64,000 nt of DNA from Acidimicrobiia bacterium (GTDB lineage Bacteria; Actinomycetota; Acidimicrobiia; Acidimicrobiales; Bin134): NCBI GenBank assembly GCA_009842675.1, contig VYEX01000077.1, positions 44,207-108,206 on the forward strand, written 5' to 3'. Positions within the stretch are counted from its first letter, which is position 1, and every line of letters starts with the position of its first letter. This document shows positions 58,767-64,000 of this stretch, piece by piece. Position numbers and translations under genes: made by a program. Below the pieces are notes generated by a model that saw nothing but the letters and a program-made list of their open reading frames with translations, was not told the DNA's origin and did not search any database.

Positions 58767-61529
58767 ATGGCTCTGGCATCTGACCGCACCAGAATCGGGC
58801 TGCGCCGCCATTTCAGCCGAGCTGACGTCCACCCCTACGACGAGGTGGAATGGCATCGTCGCGACGCCCGAATCACCAGCGCAGACGGTGAGGTGGCCTT
58901 CGAGCAGGCCAATGTGGAGTTTCCGCAGAGCTGGTCGGTCAATGCCGGCAACATCGTGGCCCAGAAGTACTTTCGGGGCGGTTTGGGCACGCCGGAGCGG
59001 GAAACGTCGCTGCGCCAGGTGATCGACCGGGTGGTGGACACGCTGGTGGCGTGGGGAACCGAGTCGGGGCATCTGGCCGAGCCGGAGGAGGCTGAAGCGT
59101 TCGGCGATGAGCTTCGCTGGCTGCTGGTCCGCCAGCGGGCGGCGTTCAACTCGCCGGTTTGGTTCAACCTCGGGGTTCCCGGTGCCGTCCCCCAGTCCTC
59201 GGCCTGCTTCATCTTGTCGGTGGACGACACCATGGAGTCGATCCTCGACTGGTACGGAGAAGAGGGCCGGATCTTCAAGGGGGGTTCGGGGGCCGGTGTC
59301 AATCTGAGCCGGATTCGGTCTCGGAAGGAGAGGATGAGCGGCGGGGGCGCGCCCAGCGGCCCGGTGAGCTTCATGCGGGGCGCGGATGCCTCGGCCGGCA
59401 CCATCAAGTCGGGGGGCAAGACCCGGCGGGCGGCCAAGATGGTGGTGCTCGACGCCGACCATCCCGACGTGTCCGAGTTCATCTGGTGCAAGGCCGTCGA
59501 GGAGCGCAAAGCCCGGGCCCTGCGCGATGCCGGATTCGACATGGATCTCGACGGCGCCGACGTCCACTCCATCCAGTATCAGAACGCCAACAACTCGGTG
59601 CGGCTCAGCGACGCCTTCATGGCGGCGGCGGTCGACGACGGGGAGTGGCAGCTCACCGCCCGCACCACCGGCGAAGTGCTGGAGACGGTGCCGGCCCGGT
59701 CGATTCTCACCCAGATCGCCGAGGCTGCCTGGGAGTGCGCCGATCCCGGGGTGCAGTTTGAGACCACCATCAACCGCTGGAATACCGCGGCCCAAACCGG
59801 CCGCATCACCGCCAGCAACCCCTGTTCGGAGTACCTCCATCTGGACAACTCGGCCTGCAACTTGTCCAGCCTGAACCTGCTGTCGTTCGTCGGCGACGAC
59901 GGGGCGTTCGATACCGACGGTTTCAGCGCCGCAGTCCGGGTGATGACCGTGGCCCAGGAGATACTGGTCGGCCCATCGCACTATCCCACCGAGCAGATCG
60001 GGGCCACCACCCGCCGGTTCCGACAGCTGGGCCTGGGCTACGCCAACCTGGGGGCGATGCTCATGGCCCTGGGCCTGGCCTATGACTCCGACGAGGGCCG
60101 GGGCGTGGCCGCATCGGTCACCGCGTTGATGACCGGGGTGGCCTACGAGACTTCGGGGCGCATGGCTGCTCGCCTCGGACCGTTCGAGGGGTTTGCCGAG
60201 AACCAGGATCCCACCCGGCGGGTGCTGCACATGCACCGGGACGCATTGAACCGGCTGGAGGGCGAGCCGGTGCCCTCCGACGTTCTCAACGCCGCCCGGG
60301 CCGCGTGGGACGCCGCGGTGGAGTGGGGCGACACCGTAGGAGTCCGCAATTCGCAGGCCACCGTGCTGGCGCCCACCGGCACCATCTCGTTCATGATGGA
60401 CTGCGACACCACCGGCATCGAACCCGACCTGGGCCTGGTCAAGACAAAGAAGCTGGTGGGCGGCGGCACCATGCCCATCGTCAACCAAACGGTGGATAGG
60501 GCCCTGCATCGCCTGGGCTACAGCCCCGACCAAGTCACCGATATCGAGGCCCATGTCCATACCCGGGGCACGGTGGTGGGCGCTCCCCATCTGGAGCGGG
60601 CTCACCTGCCGGTGTTTGCCTGCTCGATGGGCGACAACGTGATCTCCCCCAGCGGCCACGTGAAGATGATGGCCGCGGTGCAGCCCTGGCTCTCAGGGGG
60701 CATCAGCAAGACGGTGAATGTCCCCGAGGACACCACGGCCGGCGAGATCGAGCAGCTCTTCGTGGACGCCTGGCAGATGGGCGTGAAGGCCCTGGCCGTG
60801 TACCGGGACAACTGCAAGCTGGGCCAGCCCCTTTCGGTATCCGACTCTGGTGGCGCCGTGTCTCACCATGCCGCGGTATCCGACGCCTCGGCCGCCCAGC
60901 CCGATCAGGCTTCGGACTCGGCGACGGCGGCGCAGCCGAAGCGCCGGCGGCTGCCCCGGTTGCGTACCAGCCGCACTTTCGAGTTCCGGGTGGCCGACTG
61001 CAAGGGCTTCGCCACCGTGGGGGAGTACGAGGATGGCAGCCCTGGCGAGATCTTTATTCGGGTGTCCAAGCAGGGAACCACCCTGGCCGGGTTCATGGAC
61101 TCGTTCGCCATGGCGGTGAGCCACGGACTGCAATACGGGGTGCCCCTGCGGGCCTACGTGGACGCCTTCACCGGCATGCGCTTCGAGCCAGCCGGGATGA
61201 CCGACGACCCCGACATCCGCATCGCCACCAGCCTCATCGACTACCTGTTCCGCCGATTGGCGGTGGAGTACCTCGAGCCCGAAGAACGCCACGAACTGGC
61301 GATATTCACCACTGACGAGCGCATTCAACCCACCCTGCCCGGGGTAGAGGAACAGGTTCCGGTCACCGTGCCCAGCGACATCGTGGAGCCCGACCCGCCG
61401 TCTCCGTACACCCGCCGGACCCCCCTGGATGCCCACGCCCCCGTCTGCTACGACTGCGGCGTCTTGATGATCCGGGCCGGCAGCTGCCACGCCTGCCCCG
61501 ACTGCGGCTCCACCTCCGGCTGCTCCTAA
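58767..61529 (+). CDS. nrdJ: Class II (B12-dependent) ribonucleotide reductase
   Basis: FNSPVWFN, SACF, SNPCSEY, APTGTI, ISKTVN, TSCPD-like domain, C-terminal CPDCGSTSGCS. Confidence 0.96.
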   Translation: MALASDRTRIGLRRHFSRADVHPYDEVEWHRRDARITSADGEVAFEQANVEFPQSWSVNAGNIVAQKYFRGGLGTPERETSLRQVIDRVVDTLVAWGTESGHLAEPEEAEAFGDELRWLLVRQRAAFNSPVWFNLGVPGAVPQSSACFILSVDDTMESILDWYGEEGRIFKGGSGAGVNLSRIRSRKERMSGGGAPSGPVSFMRGADASAGTIKSGGKTRRAAKMVVLDADHPDVSEFIWCKAVEERKARALRDAGFDMDLDGADVHSIQYQNANNSVRLSDAFMAAAVDDGEWQLTARTTGEVLETVPARSILTQIAEAAWECADPGVQFETTINRWNTAAQTGRITASNPCSEYLHLDNSACNLSSLNLLSFVGDDGAFDTDGFSAAVRVMTVAQEILVGPSHYPTEQIGATTRRFRQLGLGYANLGAMLMALGLAYDSDEGRGVAASVTALMTGVAYETSGRMAARLGPFEGFAENQDPTRRVLHMHRDALNRLEGEPVPSDVLNAARAAWDAAVEWGDTVGVRNSQATVLAPTGTISFMMDCDTTGIEPDLGLVKTKKLVGGGTMPIVNQTVDRALHRLGYSPDQVTDIEAHVHTRGTVVGAPHLERAHLPVFACSMGDNVISPSGHVKMMAAVQPWLSGGISKTVNVPEDTTAGEIEQLFVDAWQMGVKALAVYRDNCKLGQPLSVSDSGGAVSHHAAVSDASAAQPDQASDSATAAQPKRRRLPRLRTSRTFEFRVADCKGFATVGEYEDGSPGEIFIRVSKQGTTLAGFMDSFAMAVSHGLQYGVPLRAYVDAFTGMRFEPAGMTDDPDIRIATSLIDYLFRRLAVEYLEPEERHELAIFTTDERIQPTLPGVEEQVPVTVPSDIVEPDPPSPYTRRTPLDAHAPVCYDCGVLMIRAGSCHACPDCGSTSGCS

Positions 61530-61607
61530 CCCCAAGCTTCGGCACATGAGCGCCTCCCGTTGGTAGTTTGACGGGGCTTGTCAAGGGGCTAGGCAGGAGA
61601 AGAATCC

Positions 61608-62702
61608 ATGAGAGCAGCGCTGTTTTTGGACGGGCACGAAGACTTAGTGGTGGACGAGGTGGACGTGGCTGCCCCGATCGGCAGCGAGGTACTGATTCAC
61701 ACCGCGGCCTCAGGACTGTGCCATAGCGATCTTCACTTCATGGAGACCGAGGGCTGGGTTGTGCCCCGGCCCATCGTGCTGGGCCATGAGGCCGCTGGTG
61801 TGGTGGAGGCGGTGGGCCCCGATGTGCGCGAGGTGCAGCCCGGCGACCATGTCATCTGCTGTCTGTCGGTGTTCTGCGGGCGCTGCGAATTCTGCTTGAG
61901 CGGCCGGCCCTACCTGTGCGTGCAAAGCCGAGTCGACTGTATTCGCAGCGAGGATCAGCCCGCCCGGCTCAGTCGCGGTGGCCAAGAAGTAAACCAATTC
62001 GCCAACCTGTCGTCGTTCGCCGAGCAGATGCTGGTGCACGAGAACGCGGTGGTGAAGGTCCGCGAGGACATGCCCTTGGATCGGGCCGCGCTCATAGGCT
62101 GCGGGGTCACCACCGGAACCGGTGCGGTGTTCCGCACCGCCGGTGTGGGGCCCGGATCGTCAGTCGCGGTCATCGGCTGCGGCGGCGTGGGCATGTCGTC
62201 GCTCCAGGCCGCCCGCATAGCGGGCGCGACTACGATCATCGCCGTCGACCTTGAGCCTCGAAAGCTGGACACCGCTTTGCGCTTGGGCGCCACTCACGCG
62301 GTCAATCCCGCCGACGGCGACCCAGTGGAGCAGGTTATGGAGCTCACCGGCGGGGGAGTTGACTACTCCTTCGAGGCCATCGGACTGGCCATCACCGCCC
62401 AGCAGGCGTTCGGGATGATCCGCCGAGGGGGAACCGCCACGGTGATGGGCATGATCCCGCCGGGGTCCAAAGTTGAGATCGAGGGCCAGGAGCTGTTCAT
62501 GTCCGACAAGCGCCTCCAGGGGTCGCTGATGGGATCCAACGTGTTCCGCGTCGACATGCCCCGCCTCGTCGACCTCTACCTCGACGGCCGCCTGCTGCTC
62601 GACGAGATGGTCTCGGCCACCATCGGCCTCGACGACGTGAACGACGGCTTTGCCGCCATGAAGGCGGGCGACGTGGTGCGCAGCGTCATCGCCTTCGACT
62701 GA
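61608..62702 (+). CDS. Zn-dependent alcohol dehydrogenase
   Basis: GLCHSD, GHEAAG, CGRCEFC...C, GCGVTTG, GCGGVG. Confidence 0.94.
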   Translation: MRAALFLDGHEDLVVDEVDVAAPIGSEVLIHTAASGLCHSDLHFMETEGWVVPRPIVLGHEAAGVVEAVGPDVREVQPGDHVICCLSVFCGRCEFCLSGRPYLCVQSRVDCIRSEDQPARLSRGGQEVNQFANLSSFAEQMLVHENAVVKVREDMPLDRAALIGCGVTTGTGAVFRTAGVGPGSSVAVIGCGGVGMSSLQAARIAGATTIIAVDLEPRKLDTALRLGATHAVNPADGDPVEQVMELTGGGVDYSFEAIGLAITAQQAFGMIRRGGTATVMGMIPPGSKVEIEGQELFMSDKRLQGSLMGSNVFRVDMPRLVDLYLDGRLLLDEMVSATIGLDDVNDGFAAMKAGDVVRSVIAFD

Positions 62703-62737
62703 GCAAAACCACCCCGCTCCAAGAGACGCTTGAGACT

Positions 62738-64000
62738 ATGGCCCAAGACAACCTCCGCTGGTGGGACCGCGAGGTGGGCTATGAGGTGTATATCCGGTCG
62801 TTCGCCGACGGAAACAACGACGGGGTCGGCGATTTCCCCGGCCTCACCGAGAAGCTGGACTACCTGGCCTGGCTCGGGGTCGGCATCGTGTGGATCACCC
62901 CCTTCTACCCGTCGCCCATGGCCGATTTCGGCTATGACGTGGCCGACTACACCGGGGTCGACCCCCTTTTCGGCACCCTGGACGATTTCGACGCCTGCAT
63001 TTCCGAAGCCCACCGGCTGGGGCTGCGGGTGCTCATCGACCTGGTTCCCAATCACTCATCTGACCAGCATCAGTGGTTCCAGGCCTCCCGTTCTGATCCC
63101 GACAGCCCCATGCGGGGCTACTACCACTGGCGGGATCCTGCCCTGGGAGGCGGCCCCCCCAACAACTGGATATCGCACTTCGGCGGGTCGGCCTGGACTT
63201 TCGATGAGGCCAGCGAGCAGTACTACTTGCACTTGTTCCTGCCCGAGCAGCCCGACCTGAACTGGTCCAATCCCAATCTGGTGAGGGAATTCGACCAGGT
63301 TTTGACCTTCTGGCTCGATCGCGGGGCTGACGGATTCCGCATCGACGTGGCCCATGGCTTGGTCAAGAACATGCTCATGCCCGACAACCCGCAGCGCTAT
63401 CCGGTCACCGCTGACATGGGCCCACGTCAGGTGTTTGACAGCTACGAGCATCGCTACGACTTGGACCAGGCTGGCAACACCGCCATCTATCGCCGTTGGC
63501 GGAACATCGTCGAGCCCTATAATGCGCTCTTGCTAGGGGAGGTGTACCTAAGGGACAACAACCCCAACCGGGCCAGCCGCTATGTGGCCAACCAAGACGG
63601 CCTGCACCGGGCCTTCTACTTCCCCCCCATGCACACCCCCTGGGAACCGTCGGCCATGTGGTCCACGTTCCGGGATGCCCTCGACGCCGCCCCCCGGGAC
63701 TTCTCCTGGGCGGTCAGCAGCCACGACGACCCCCGGGCGCCTACCCGGCTCGGGGGTGGGGAGCTCGGCCAGTCACGGGCGCTGGCCTACTGCGTGCTGA
63801 TGTTCGCCCTGCCCGGATTGCCGTTCCTCTATCAGGGCGACGAGCTGGGCCTCTCTGATGTCGACGTTCCCCCGGACCGGTGCCTAGATCCGGTGGCGGT
63901 TCGCAACCGGAACCCCTCCAACGGACGAGACGGCTGCCGGACGCCGATGCCGTGGGCGCCTGGGCCGGAGGCCGGATTTACTGACGGAGCCGAGCCATGG
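62738..64000 (+). CDS. GH13 alpha-glucosidase/oligo-1,6-glucosidase-like (3' truncated; not in ORF track)
   Basis: Manual translation MAQDNLRWWDREVGYEVYIRSFADGNNDGVGD...DFGYDVADY...DLVPNHSS...DGFRIDVAH...YQGDELG. Confidence 0.93.
   Translation, partial: MAQDNLRWWDREVGYEVYIRSFADGNNDGVGDFPGLTEKLDYLAWLGVGIVWITPFYPSPMADFGYDVADYTGVDPLFGTLDDFDACISEAHRLGLRVLIDLVPNHSSDQHQWFQASRSDPDSPMRGYYHWRDPALGGGPPNNWISHFGGSAWTFDEASEQYYLHLFLPEQPDLNWSNPNLVREFDQVLTFWLDRGADGFRIDVAHGLVKNMLMPDNPQRYPVTADMGPRQVFDSYEHRYDLDQAGNTAIYRRWRNIVEPYNALLLGEVYLRDNNPNRASRYVANQDGLHRAFYFPPMHTPWEPSAMWSTFRDALDAAPRDFSWAVSSHDDPRAPTRLGGGELGQSRALAYCVLMFALPGLPFLYQGDELGLSDVDVPPDRCLDPVAVRNRNPSNGRDGCRTPMPWAPGPEAGFTDGAEPW

Noticed and set aside
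62730-63858. ORF-track entries at the window end
   Set aside because: Wrong frames; the real gene is the GH13 ORF from 62738, which has no stop in the window.

Overview
GC-rich chromosomal segment of a deep-branching actinobacterium; gene content and order suggest class Acidimicrobiia (inferred). It is mostly core genes on the + strand: smc, htrA, ftsY, ffh, rpsP, khpA, rimM, trmD, rplS; yraN, cytochrome c, comM, dprA, xerC, an M23 peptidase; rpsB through proS; rimP, nusA, infB, rbfA, truB, ribF; rpsO, pnp; dapB, dapA, rnj, ftsK, rimO, pgsA, cinA, recA, miaB, miaA, dapF, hflX, dapC, dapD, dapE; nrdJ, an alcohol dehydrogenase, and a GH13 glycosidase running off the end. No rRNA, tRNA, CRISPR array, prophage or transposase was seen. 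The notable signals are non-coding. (1) A TGTCAC-N10-TAnnnT promoter motif, like the RecA-NDp/PafBC motif, precedes yraN, comM-dprA and recA, with a variant before a ChiZ-like gene. (2) A ~160-nt rod-shaped RNA, possibly 6S-like, lies upstream of nrdJ. (3) A ~165-bp MITE supplies stop codons to two convergent genes, and two end remnants of the same family are embedded in other genes. (4) Short tandem duplications recur at gene junctions, and three of them create coupled mini-ORFs. (5) A 42-aa membrane protein is missing from the ORF track. All calls were made by eye; no database search or folding program was run.
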